From the NCBI RefSeq assembly GCF_009914755.1, contig NC_060929.1: 64,000 nt of DNA; one strand, 5' to 3'. The translations under genes and the position numbers were made by a program. Of the stretch, positions 12,931-27,909 are shown piece after piece; the stretch's first letter is position 1, and every line of letters begins with the position of its first letter. The notes below the pieces were generated by a model. It did not search any database and had not been told where the DNA came from. It was given only the letters and a program-made list of their open reading frames with translations. Origin of the DNA: the human T2T-CHM13v2.0 reference genome, Homo sapiens.

Positions 12931-13239
12931 GCTTATTGTAAATTTGAGATCCTTATAAAACCCAAGATTCTTGCTGAAGCATCCATCATTCTCCCTCATG
13001 ATCTTTTTAAAACTTAGCTTTTTAATCTTATCTATAAAGGTTTTCCACTATCAATCAATCAACCGGATTGATTTACTAATCAACCTGGGCTTCTTTTTGT
13101 TTCCCAGGTACACATTATACTTAAATCTTTGTTTTTGCCCTTCACCTAACTCCATTGCTTAAAACAACTTTAAATATTTTACAAATATAGACTTAATAGG
13201 TTATTTTATTGTTTGAAAGAAATTATCTACACTTTTTAA

Positions 13240-13714
13240 ATGAAACTTTTCTGAAATTGACTGAGGTATTAGAGTCTACATACCCAAACATCCAACCCTT
13301 CTAAATGTATTAGGTAATTTTTAATAAATTTATACAATTGCATCCTAGCACCTCAACTCAGTCTTAGAACTACCTTCACCCCCTAAAATTCCCTTTGTCT
13401 ATTTGCAGTTAATCCCTGCTCCCACTCTCAGCTCCATGCAAATACAATTTGGTGCATTATATTTGCTTATTCACATTTACATGCAGCTTGTTTACACTTA
13501 TTATATCTTTCTGTGGCATTGAGCCTTTTATCATTATGAAATGTTCCTAGTAATATTTCTTGTCTAATCTGTGTTGACTGATTTTAATATAGCCACTGCA
13601 GCTTTCTTATGGCTATTGGCTGTGTGGGATAGCTTTTCTCTATTTTTTAGCTTTGTTTATTTTGTCTCTAAGTATGTTTCTTATAGACAACAAACAGCTG
13701 CATGTTGTTTTTTA
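13240..13714 (-). mobile_element. Old L1M fragments (3' UTR piece and ORF2 5' piece); host of the L1PA insertion
   Basis: L1M motifs CTTTTATCATTATGAAATGT and AATATAGCCACTGCAGCTTTCTT; continues after 20548. Confidence 0.65.
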
Positions 13715-15502
13715 TTTTTATTTTTTAACTTTTATTTTAGCTTTAGGGGTACATGTGCAGGTTTATTACGTAGGCAAATTGCATGTTGCAGGGTTTGGTG
13801 CATAGATTACTTTGTCACACAGGTAATAAGCATGGTACCTGATAAGTAGTTTTTTGATCCCAACCTTCACCCTCAAGTAGTCCCTGATGTCTATTCTTCC
13901 CTTCTTTGTGTCCATGTGTATTCAGTGTTTAGTACCTACTTGTAAGAGAATATGCAGTATTTGGTTTTTTATTCCTTCATTAGTTTGCTTAGGATAGTGT
14001 CCTCCAGCTCCATCCATGTTGCTGTAAAGGACTTGATGCAATTCTATTTTATGGCTGCCTAGCGTTCTGTGGTGTATATGTACCACATTTTCTTTATCCA
14101 GTCTTACTGTTGCTGAGTATTTAGGTTGATTTTATGTCTTTGCTATGGTGAGTAGTGCTGCAATGAACATATGCATGCATGTGTCTTTTTGATAGAACGA
14201 TTTATTTTTCTCTGGGTATATACCCAGGGATGGGATTACTGGGTCAAATGGTAGTTCTGTTTTAAATTATTTGAGAAATCTCCAAACTGCTTTCCACAGT
14301 GGCAGAACTAATGTACATCCCCATGAACAATTTATAAGTGTTCTCTTTTCTCCACAGCCTCATCAGCATCTGTTGCTTTTTTTTCTTTTTAATAATAGCC
14401 ATTCTGACTGGTGTGAGATAGATGGTATCTCATTGTGTTTTCCATTTGCATTTCTCTGGTTATTAGTGATATTGAGCATTTTTTCATATGTTTGTTGGCT
14501 GCTTGTACATCTTCTTTTGAGAAGTGTCTGTTCGTATTCTTTGCCTATTTTTAAATGGGGTTGTTTTTTGCTTGTAGAATTGTTTAAATTCCTTATAGAT
14601 TCTGGATAATAGATCTTTGTTAAATGCATAGCTTGTGACTATTTTCTCCTATTATGTAGTTTGTCTGTTTACTTTGTTGATAGTTTCTATTGCTGTGCAG
14701 AAGCTCTTTAGTTTAATTAGGCCCAATTTGTCAATTTTTGTATTTGTTGAAATTGCTTTTGGAGTCTTTGTCATAAAATCTTTGCCAAGGCCTATGTCCA
14801 GAATGTTATCTCCTAGGAGAAATAAGGAGTCTCTTCCTCATTGCTTGTTTTGTCTAAGATCAGATGGTTATAGGTGTGCATCTTTATCTCTGGGATCTAT
14901 AACCTGTTTAATTGTTCTATGTGTCTGTTTTTGTACCAATACCATGCTGTTTTGGTTACTGTGGCTTTTTAGTATAGTTTGAAGTCCAGTAACATGATGC
15001 CTCCAGCATTCCTTTTGCTTAGGATTCATTTGGCTATTTGGGCAATTTTTTTGGTTCTATATAAATTTTAAAATAGTTTTTTTCTAATTTTGTGATAAAT
15101 GTCATGGGTAGTTTGACAGGAATAGCACTGAATTTATAAATTGCTTTGAGTAGTATGGTCATTGTAACAACATTGATGCTTTCTATCCATGAGCATGGAA
15201 TGTCTTTCCATTTATTTCTGTCATTTTATTTCTTTCAGCAGTGTTTTATAATTTTCATTGTAGAGAAATTTCACCTCCTTGATTAGCTCAATACCCAAAA
15301 TTTTATTTTATTTTTCTGGCTATTGTGAATGGGTTTGTATTCCTGAGTTCGCACTCAGCCTGAATATGTTGTTGGTGAATAGAAACATTATTTATTTTTG
15401 TGTATTGATTTTGTATCCTGAAACTTTGCTGAAGTTGTATATTAGATCTAGGAGTTTTGGGGAAGACACTATGGGGTTTTCTAAGTATAAAATTATATTG
15501 TC

Positions 15503-15803
15503 GGCTGGGCGTGGGAGTCACGCCTGTAATCCCAGAACTTTGGGAGGCCAAGGCAGGTGAATCACCTGTGGCCAGGAGTTTGAGAGCAGCCTGGCCAACA
15601 TGGTGAAACTCTGTCTCTACTAAAAATATACAAAATTAGCAAGGTGTGGTGGCAGATGTCTGTAATTCCAGCTACTTGGGAGGCTGAGGCAGGAGAATCA
15701 CTTGAACCCAGGAGGCAGAGGTCGAGCGAGCTGAGACTGTGCTACTGCACTCCAGTCTGGGCAACAGAGTAAGACTCCATCTTAAAAATAAATAAATAAA
15801 TAA
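15503..15803 (+). mobile_element. Alu (AluSx-like) inserted in L1 ORF2
   Basis: Full dimer, (TAAA)n tail, TSD ATAAAATTATATTGTC / ATAAAATCATAATGTC. Confidence 0.95.
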
Positions 15804-18669
15804 ATAAAATCATAATGTCTGCAAACAGAGATAGTTTGACTTCCTTTCTTTTTATCTGGATACCTTTTATTTCCTTCTCTTACCTGATTGCTCAGGCTGG
15901 GACTTTCAGTACTATGTTTAATAGAGTGGTGACAGTGAGTATCCTTGTTTTGTTCTGGTTCTCAAGGTGAATGACTTCATTCTTTGCCCATTCATTACGT
16001 TGCTGAGTGTATGTTAGTCACAAATGGCTCTTATTATTTTGAGGTATGTTCCTTCAATGCATACTTTGTTGAGGAATTTTAACATGAAGGGATGTTGAAA
16101 TTTAGCAGAAGACTTTTCTATATCTATTGAGATGATCATGTGGCTTTTGTTTTTAGTTCTGTTTATGTGATGAATCACATTAACTGATTTGCATATGTTG
16201 AACCAACCTTGCATCACAGGGATAAAGCCTACTTGATCATGGTGGATTAGGTTTCTGATGTGCTGCTGGATGTGGTTTGCTAGTATTATGTTGAGAATAT
16301 TTGCATCTACATTCATCAAGGATACTAGCCAGTAGTTTTCTTTTTGTTGTTGTATCTATGCCAGGTTTTGGTATCATAATGATGCGAGCCTCATAGAATG
16401 AGTTAGGAAAGTATCCTGCCTATTCATTTTTGGGAAATAGTTTCAGTAGGAATGGTACCAGCTCTTAATTATACACGTGATAAAACTTGGCTTTGAGTCT
16501 GTCTAATCTAGGGCTTTTTCTGATTGGTAGGCTTTTTGTTACTGAATCAATTTTGGAACTTGTTATTGATCTGTTCAGGGTTTCAATTTATTCCTGGTTA
16601 AATCATAGGAGGTGGTATATTTCCAGAGATTTATCCATTTTTTGTAGGTTTTTTAGTTTGTGTACATAGAGGTGTTCCTAGCAGTCTGTGAGAATCATTT
16701 TTATTTCTGTGAGGTCAGTGGTAATGCCCCCTTTGTCAATTCTGATTGTATTTATTTGGATCTCCTCTCTTTTTTTATTAGTCTAGGTAGTAGTCTATCA
16801 ATCTTACTTATTCTCTCAAAGAATAAACATCTGTTTTCATGTATCTTTTGTATGGTTTTTCACCTCTCAATTTCATTCAGTTCAGCTCTGATTTGGGTTA
16901 TATCTTGTCTTCTGCTAGCTTTGTGGTTGATACGCATTTGTTTTTCTAGTTCTGTGTGATATCAGGTTGTTAACTGAAGATTTTTCTATTTGATGTGGTT
17001 GTTTAGTGTTTTAAACATGCCTTTTAACATTGTTTTATCTGTACCCCATAGATTCCAATATATTGTGTCTTTGTACTCATTAGTTTAAAACAATTTATTA
17101 ATTTCTGTCTTAATTTTATTGTTTACCCCAAAGTCATTCAGAAGCAGATTGTTTAAGTTTTATGTAATTATATGGTTTTGGGCAATCTACTTAGTATTGA
17201 TTTCTATTTTTACTGCCCTGTGGTCCAAGAGTGTGGTTGGTATGATTTAAGTTTTTTTTGCCAAAATTGTTTTATGGCCAATTGTGTGGTTGATTTTAGA
17301 GTATGTGCCATGTGCAGATGACAAGAATTTATATTCTGTTGGTTTTGGGTGCAGCATTCTATAAATGTCTGTTAGGTCCATTTGATCAAGTCTCCAGTTC
17401 AGGTCTCAAATATCTTTGTTAGTTATCCACCTTGAGGATCTAATACTGTCAGTGAAGTAGTGAATTATCCCACTATTATTGTGTGGTTATCTAAGTCTCT
17501 TTTTAGGTCTCTAAGAACTTGTTTTATGAATATGGATGCTCCTGTGTTGTGTGCATATTGAGGATAGTTAAGTCTTCATGTGGAATGAATTGAACCCTTT
17601 GCCATAATGTAATGCCCTTCTTCTTTTTTTTTTTTTAATTGTTGGTTTAAAATCTGTTTTATCTGAAATTAGGATGATAACCCTGCTTTTTTTCTGTTTT
17701 CTATTTGCTTGGGAGATTTTTTCCATTCCTTTACTTTGAGCCTGTGGGTGTCATTGGATGTGAGATGGGTTTCTTGAAGACAGCACGTAGTTGGGTCGTG
17801 CTTCTTTATCCCACTTGCCACTCTGTGCCTTTAAATTGAGGGATTTAGACTGTTTACATTCAAGGTTAGTATTGACATGGGAAGATTCGATCCTGTCATC
17901 ATGCTGTTAGCTGGATATTATGCAGACTTGATTGTGTAGTAACTTTATAGTGTCAATGATTTACATACTCAAGTGTGTTTTTATGGTGATCAGTGACAAT
18001 CTTTGGTCTCCATATTTAGCACTCCCTTAAGGACCTCTGGTAACGCAGGTATGGTGTTAACAAATTCCCTTGATACTTGCTTATCTTAGGATAATCTCAT
18101 TTCTCCTTCACTTATAAAGCTTACTTTGGGTAGATATAGAATTCTTGGTTGGAATTTATTTTAAGAATACTGCATATAGGCACCCAATCTCTTCTGGCTT
18201 GCAGAGTTTCTGCAAGAAACGTCTGCTGTTAGCCTGATGGGGTCCCATTTGTAGATAACCTGCCCCTACTCTTTAGTTGCCTTACATATTTTTTCTTTCA
18301 TGTTGACTTTGCAGAATCTGATGACTATGTATCTTGGGGATGGTCGTCTTATACAATATCTCACAAGGGTTCACTGCATTTCCTGAATTTCAATGTTGGC
18401 CTCTCTAGTGAGGTTGGGGAAATTTTCATGGATAGTGTCCTGAAATATGTTTTCCAAGTTGCTTGTTTTCTCTCCCTCTCTTTCAGGGATGTTAATGAGT
18501 TATAGATTTGGTGTCCTTGCATAATCTGACATTTCCCAGAGGTTTCATTCATTCTTTTTTGTTCTTTTCTCTTCATTTTTATTTGACTAAGTTAATTAAG
18601 AAAAACAGTCTTCAAGCTCAGAGATTTATTTCTCAGCTTGGTCTATTCTGCTGTTAAAACTTGGAAATG

Positions 18670-18984
18670 GGCTGGGCGAGGTGGCTAATGTCTGTAATCC
18701 CAGCACTTTGGGAGGCTGAGGCGGGCGGGTCACCTGAGATCGGGAGTTTGAGACCAGCCTGACCAACGTGGAGAAACCCCATCTCTACTAAAAATAAAAA
18801 ATTAGCTGGGCATGGTGGCACATGCCTGTAATCCCAGCTAGTCGGGAGGCTGAGGCAGGAGACTCACTTGAACGCAGGAGAATCGCTTGAACCCAGGAGG
18901 TGGAGGTTGCGGTGAGCTGAGATCATGCCATTGCACTCCAGCCTGGGAAACAAGAGCAAAACTCCATCTCAAAAAACACAAAAC
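18670..18984 (+). mobile_element. Alu (AluSp-like) inserted in L1 ORF1
   Basis: Sp diagnostics (TCGGGAGTT, CTGACCAAC, GGAGAAACC, CAAGAGC); TSD AAAACTTGGAAATG / AAAACTTGGAAACG. Confidence 0.95.
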
Positions 18985-19409
18985 AAAACTTGGAAACGTA
19001 TCGTGAAATTCTTGTAGTGAGTTTTTCAGCTCTATTAGATCAGTTTGATTCTTTCTTTAAATAGCTGTTTCATCTTTCAGCTGTCCTTTGGATGGGATTT
19101 TTTGCTTTGATTTTCTTTTATGCCCTGATGGTTTTACTGTGGTATAGTTGAGTTCACTTAACTGGATTCACTTATGAAAATTTTTAAGGAGCCAAGAGTC
19201 AGCTCCAAAATCCTGGGCTGTGTGCTCTAACCCTGAGGGCTGGTACCAGGCCTCCATCTTTCTTCTCTGGCCTCTCAAGGTTAGGAACCTGCTGCGTTGG
19301 AGGGGCTGAGATGTTCTCAGTCTGCTTGCAATAACACTCCTATGGGGAGTGCAGGCCAAAGTGCTTTCTCGCCTCAGTAGCAAAAGGATCCATACTCACT
19401 CACATATGC

Positions 19410-19436
19410 CAGCAGCAGCAGCAGCAGCAGCAGCAG
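19410..19436. repeat. (CAG)9 trinucleotide repeat within the L1 5' region
   Basis: Direct reading. Confidence 0.95.
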
Positions 19437-20529
19437 CATCACAGCAGAGTTCATGCACATCAGCTGGGAAGGGGTGTTGACTGGGCTGGGGCAGCAGTAT
19501 CTATGTGTGTGCTTGTGCTGGTGGCAGTGCCAAAATGGAGTGCCCACACGCTGGTGGGGGCAGGGTACTGATGGGGGCAGGGTGACAGGGTCCATGCACA
19601 CATTTGTAACAGCAGTGGCAGTGTGGAGGGGTGAACATATGCCCTCATACATGGTACAGAATGGTCTCTGTCTTCATGTATGCTCACACTAGTGGCAGTT
19701 TCACAGCTAGCTGCATGGGAGAGGAGGCAGGTCCACCCCCAGGTGCATGTCAAAGCAGTTGGGGTAAGTCATGGGCAAGCTTGCACTGGCAAAGTGGTGG
19801 GGGAACTGTTCTGGGGGAGGCTGTGGGTGGGTCAGTGCACATCAGCTGAGGCCATCTGCTAGAATTGTCAGATGGCTAGGCACAGTCTGCCAGTAAAGAA
19901 TCCATGATGATGGCCCCAAGAGGCACCTTGTTGGGCATCTGAGGATGTGCTGCAAGTGGACACAGCCACCTGGGCCCCCAGGAGAGGCTGTCAAACAAGG
20001 GAGTGCTCAGACCAAACTGGGCCAGCCCAATACTGCCCTAATCTGTCCAGGTCTAACAGTCAATGAAGATGAAAGTCACCTAGAGGAGCACAGTGAGCCT
20101 TGGGTATGAGTGTCTTTTGCCATGCTCCACTGCAGCCATTCCCACACCAAATCCCCTGGACTACACACAGGTTGGAGTTCCTGCCCCTGCCACCTCTCCA
20201 TGCAGCTCTCCCTGACAGCTCAGATATTTGTGGGGGGTGAAGGGGTTTTCCTGCATCTAGGACTCCAGCAGTCTCTTGCACGAGCAGGCCACTCCTCACC
20301 TGTTCAACTCATCCCTTCCAAAGGAGCTACTGGGAGCAAGGTATGAGTCCTGGTGCTTGGCAGCCTTGTGCAGGGTCTCCAGCTTCCTCTTCCTTCAGCC
20401 CGGGGTCTGCATCTTCCTTCTGTTTACTTTTAATGCTTACCCTCCAAAGATCTGCTTGGAGTATGCCAGTCTTCCCAATGTCCTAATCTGTTTGTGGGAG
20501 ACTTTCTTAATGGCTGTGTATAGGCAGCT

Positions 20530-20797
20530 ATGTTGGCTCCTTAATTCCTGCATCTTGCTTTTTATTTAGTACAGCAATACCTGCCTTTTTGTTGACTAGT
20601 ATAACATATGACATGGTTAGTGTTACAACTATTTTGCTACTTGGTTTCTGTATGGTTCATTCATATCTTGGCTCCTTAATTCCTGCATCGTGCTTTTTAT
20701 TTAGTATAGAAATACCTGCCTTTTTGTTGTCTAGTGTAACATATTACATGATTAGTGTTACATCAGTTTTGCTACTTGGTTTCTGTATGTTTCATTT
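20530..20797. repeat. 135-bp tandem duplication (2 copies)
   Basis: GGCTCCTTAATTCCTGCATC starts at 20535 and 20670; the units align end to end with scattered substitutions. Confidence 0.92.
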
Positions 20798-22930
<2,133 letters not shown>

Positions 22931-22955
22931 TTATATGAAGCTTACCCAATCACCC

Positions 22956-23389
22956 TGTCATCCTAAAAGGAAGAAATTGAGGCAAAATTAATATAAGTGG
23001 AGATTTTAGGAGCTAAGCTTGAGGACTGCTACCCAGGAGCATAGATTCAAATTACTCTTAATATACATTCTTATTAAAAGCAGTTACCAGTGAATTTCCA
23101 AAGAGAAAGAAGAGGCAGTTCCTGAGGTCTTTACCAAGAATTTACATTACATTTATATAAGCTATTCATTGGCTATACATTGTTAAGTTATAAGGTGTAG
23201 GTTGTAGTATCAGGTGTGGCATTATTGGTTAATTTATAGCTACTTCTGGCAACTACAAGCAGTTTGCAAGAGATGAATACATGGCTCAAAGAGGGGAAAC
23301 CAGGACAGAATTGTTCTCTCGTTTTAACATCTCTCTGAACCTGGTAATTTAGAAGGACTCGCATTACTTAGATAAAAGTTCTTTTCTCA
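22956..23389 (-). mobile_element. 3' LTR of provirus C (MER65)
   Basis: Minus-strand start TGAGAAAAGAACTTTTATCTAAGTAATGCGAGTCC...; direct repeat of 31898-32335; PPT AAAAGCGGGGAAA adjacent at 23390-23402. Confidence 0.87.
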
Positions 23390-24135
23390 TTTCCCCGCTT
23401 TTGATCAAAAATCTTTCTTCTTGAACGCATTGATGAACAAAATCTGAGTGTCAAGGTATCCCTCATCACTGGGAAGGCTCGATCCTCGATCGTCCTGTCA
23501 AAGTGGTTGATCTATAGCTGCTGTCATCTCTACATGTTGTAGTAGCATGAATTTACTTTTCTCAGAAGTAAAACAGATGCATAGTAGAAGTATTCTATAC
23601 ATAAGAATTTTGGTAAAAAGCAAATTTGTATTTCAGAAGTAAAAAAAAAAATTCCCTTGGGGCAGTCAACTAAAAACATCATGAATAAAATTAAAAAGCT
23701 GGTCCTTTTTTAGAGATTTGTTGTAGCCAGGATACAATTCAGGTTTTAACCCAAATTGCTGAAAAATAATAAAAACTAAAAAACAATGTACAATGCTAGA
23801 ATCCAATAATTGATCTACTATAGCTTTCTTCTGAAAAATAATTTTTTCTCTCTCCAGCCCCCATTTTTACCAAAGATTAATTTCAGTAGTATCAATTTAC
23901 TTGCATAATACATCTTATTATTATATTTAGCCTGATTATTTACATAATTAAGTGGAGCAAGATAGTGATTGATCATACCGGCTGTTTTTATTTGGCTTTG
24001 CTGTAACTCTTATAAGAAATTGCATATTTGACTTTTAAGAGTCTCAAGGATAGAAATCCAAACTGAAGATTCACCGTTAGATTGTACCTGTAATACCTGG
24101 ATAAATTGGGTGAATTCCTTTCTTCTCAACGTCCC

Positions 24136-24496
24136 TGTATTAGTCTGTTTTCACACTACTAATAAAGACATATCTTAGACTGGGTAATTTATAAAGAAAA
24201 GAGGTTTGATTGAGTCACAGTTCCACATGGCTGGGGAGGCCTCAGGAAACTTAAATCATGGCAGAAGGCACCTCTTCACAGGGCATCAGGAGAGAGAATG
24301 AGTGCCCAGCGAAGGGGGAAGTCCCTTATAAAACCATCAGGTAAAATGAGAACTAACCCACTATCATGAGAACAGGATGGGGGAAACTGCCCCCATGATT
24401 CAATTATCTCCACCTGATCCTTCCTGCAACATGTGGGGATTATGGCAACCACAATTCAAGATGAGATTTGGGTGGGGACCCAGCCAAACCATATCA
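24136..24496 (-). mobile_element. THE1C/D MaLR solo LTR
   Basis: TGTATTAGTCTGTTTTCACAC...GAGATTTGGGTGGGGACCCAGCCAAACCATATCA; 5-bp TSD GTCCC / GTTCC. Confidence 0.93.
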
Positions 24497-26371
24497 GTTC
24501 CTCAAATATTCTGGGGCTCCCACACCTGTTGGAAAGTGATATTTTTTTATTTTCTGCATGGGCTGAACCTTTGAAAGGCAATTATGTAGACAACATACAA
24601 GGCCATTCTCTCCAATATGCTTTTTATCAGCTCCATGAAGTCAACCACAATTCCTCAAAACTATCTGGTCATATCTGAAAATACGCCATTCCAGTAATGC
24701 CTTGGTAAAATAGGCAAAGTCTTTAATTGTGTCTTGTTACAGAAAGTAGCTTCTTTTTGAACTTATGCAAATAACTTCAAGACTGTGATAACATAAGAAT
24801 ACTTGAGAATAGTTTGCACATTTTGGAGAGATCAGGTAGAAAGAATGATAGATGTTTCAATTTCACTCACTAATGTATACATTTCCCAATTGTTATAAGC
24901 TATAATTGGTATAGCTCAAAAGAAAAATGTTTTCTCGACTCTGGAAAACAAAATATAAAAATAATCAGCAATGTTGCAAATAAAAAGTCATGAAAATCAA
25001 TTTAATACTCTATCAGTTCTGTCCCATATAATTAACTCTTGTTCTGCTTGATGGTGGGATCATCCTCATTATGAAAAAACATATTTATTAGATCTCTGAA
25101 GGTTTTTACTGAGTCTGATAATATAATCTCCAAAGTTATCTGAAACCTGTGTTTAAGAGTATTTGTCAGGATTCTTTTCCTTACATTTCCTTGAAGAAAA
25201 GGCCAATTTTGGACTGTAGCTGATTGTAAACTGATTTTGAGAAGAATCCAAAGTAAAACAATTATTTTTTGCGGATGAAAAAATACTTGGAATAGCCATG
25301 TTTAAAGATGGAATTGACAAGAAAAATTTGATTATTCCTGTCACATACATCAGTTTCATTATAACTAAGAAAATAAACAAAAACATATCAGAATTTTAGG
25401 AATCTCATATAATTTTGGAACACATATTAATAAAATATCCATACAAGTATAAATCAAATATAGTTAAACACCATTTCTTATTTAACAATGCTTTCCATAT
25501 GATGTTAACATCCCGAATAAGCCAAAACAGCCGTCTTGGACTTGCAGGGTTTTTTGGTTTGTTTTTGAAAAGAAAATTTTAGAATTAGAATTTGATTTTG
25601 GGAAATGTGTTAAATATTAAAAACAGTTGATCAAAATAGGATCACAGGCCACTGTAAAAACAAAAACAAAAACAAGTCATTTATTTATCCAAAGTGATAA
25701 TTCAAAGATTTCAAAAAGCAAAAAATGTTTATTTTTGACAGAGAACATACTGTTTTCCAAAGAGTCAGAAGACCTAATAAAGATAGCATGAGACCAACAG
25801 AATCTTTTCTTCTTTGTTTTTACTCAAAAGGTGAATAATTTTTTACTATCCCTATTAATACTTCAAAAAGTTTTGTTCTAAAGAGAAAACAAAATTTTAC
25901 ATTTTCATCCATATATTATTAATGCTAAAGCTAATTTTAATAAAATGTAAACCTATATGTCCAATCTCAGTTTTGAGTGCACAAAATAATACTTTTATAA
26001 ACCTTTTATAACCTTTGACAATTTTCTATTGAAGAGCAAATCAAGAAAACCCTGTTATTTTGACATAGGAGCACTGACTGTGGCCCTGCCTCAGTATAAT
26101 TTTGATATTAATGTTCAACTTTTAAAAAAACTAAGTAATCTCCTTCTAATTTTAGCCAAGGTGATCACTCACAAAATTTTTAGTAGATTAATTTCTCACA
26201 ATTTTTATACAAGTTGCTTAATACTTGAGTTTTGTCCTGTACTTTCTTTTTCATATTGGCATTCTACTTAAGACAAAATTTATGTTTCTTCCTCCTTATC
26301 ATTTTGACCACCACACAACATTCTCTTTCATTTAAAAAGAAAAAAAAAAAATTCCTCTCTCAACTTTCACA

Positions 26372-26675
<304 letters not shown>

Positions 26676-27610
26676 CTCCATCTTACTTTCTCTATATATC
26701 CTTTATATAAAATTGTATCTCATATCTAGTAGTTTTAATCATATATGTATATATATATTAATTACAATGTTAACTCTTAGTTATCCTAATTTCCAGTGGA
26801 AACCCTAGAAAGTTAGAAATTTTAATTATGCATGAGATGCAGAGCCTAGGACAAAGGACAAAGCTTTGGAGACAATGCATGGAGCATCTGACCCATCCCA
26901 GCATGCCCAAGTGGCAAAGTTTGTCCAGGGAGAATGGAGCTCAGGCACTGCCCAAGGCCTCACCATGGCCACTTGTCTAGGCCTCAGAATTTAACGGCTC
27001 AAATAAAAAGACATAAACTCACAGACAAATTAAGCAAGTATCTACAAATGTCAAAAAAGCAACAGCTTTACAACCTTAAAACTTTTAGCAGAGACTGTAT
27101 AAACTTTTCCAACCAATAGACCCAGGCAAAAATGTCTAAATGAAATTCTGAAGCCATTTCTATTTCACTTTACCAACAATTTTAAAACTTTATTTACCAA
27201 AAGTTATTAAAGTCATAAATTTGACTTAAAAGTTTTGAAAAGCATTTGAGGTGGTTTTTAAATTTATGAGTGCTTATGTATTATAAATCAATGGTGCAAT
27301 ATAGCAATATATAAACAGATATTTACACATGCACTCATAATACAAAAATACATGAAGACTTTATAGCTTTGATTTTAAAATTTTAGCCATGAGACCAGCA
27401 ACTCACTAATTTAAAAGGATAGTTGTATTCACACTGTGCCTTTCTAAGTAGAAATGTTTAAAGTTTACCTGTCACACATGGGCAAAGTTCTTACAGATGT
27501 TTAGAGAAAATAGGGTAGCAAATTTACACCTCAAAGCACTGACAGAATTTAAGCTTTTTCAAGAAGGAGTTTATATGTGATATATAGAAGAAGATTAAAA
27601 ATGAATACCA

Positions 27611-27909
27611 GGCCGGGTGCAGTGGCTCATGTCTGTAATCCCAGCACTTTAGGAGGCCAATACAGGAAGATCAGCTGAGGTCAGGAGTTCGAGACCAGCC
27701 TGTCCAACATGGTGAAACCCCATCTCTACGAAAAATACAAAAAATTAGCCTAGCATGGTGGCACACACCTGTAATCCCAGCTGCACAGGAGGCTGAGGCA
27801 AGAGAATCGCTTGAATCCAGGAGGTGGAGGTTTCAATGAGCTGAGATTGCACCATTGGACTCTAGCCTGGGTGACAGGAGCAAAACCATCTCAGAAAAAA
27901 AAAAAAAAA
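27611..27909 (+). mobile_element. Alu (AluS)
   Basis: Full dimer with A tail; TSD AAAATGAATACCA / AAATAGAATACCA. Confidence 0.95.

Larger units (their letters stand above)
13715..20540 (-). mobile_element. Near-full-length L1PA15/16-like LINE-1 (defective), containing two Alus
   Basis: 3' end GGGGTACATGTGCAGGTTT...CAGGTAATAAGCATGGTACC; ORF2 RT remnant at 16014-16319 ([30 protein letters not shown]); GC-rich 5' UTR ending GGAGCCAACAT on the minus strand; TSD CTGCATGTTGTTTTTTA (13698-13714) / CTGCATCTTGCTTTTTA (20548-20564). Confidence 0.92.

Noticed and set aside
16014-16319. Reverse-transcriptase-like ORF
   Set aside because: Fragment of the decayed L1 ORF2; the surrounding frame is broken by stops, frameshifts, deletions and an Alu.
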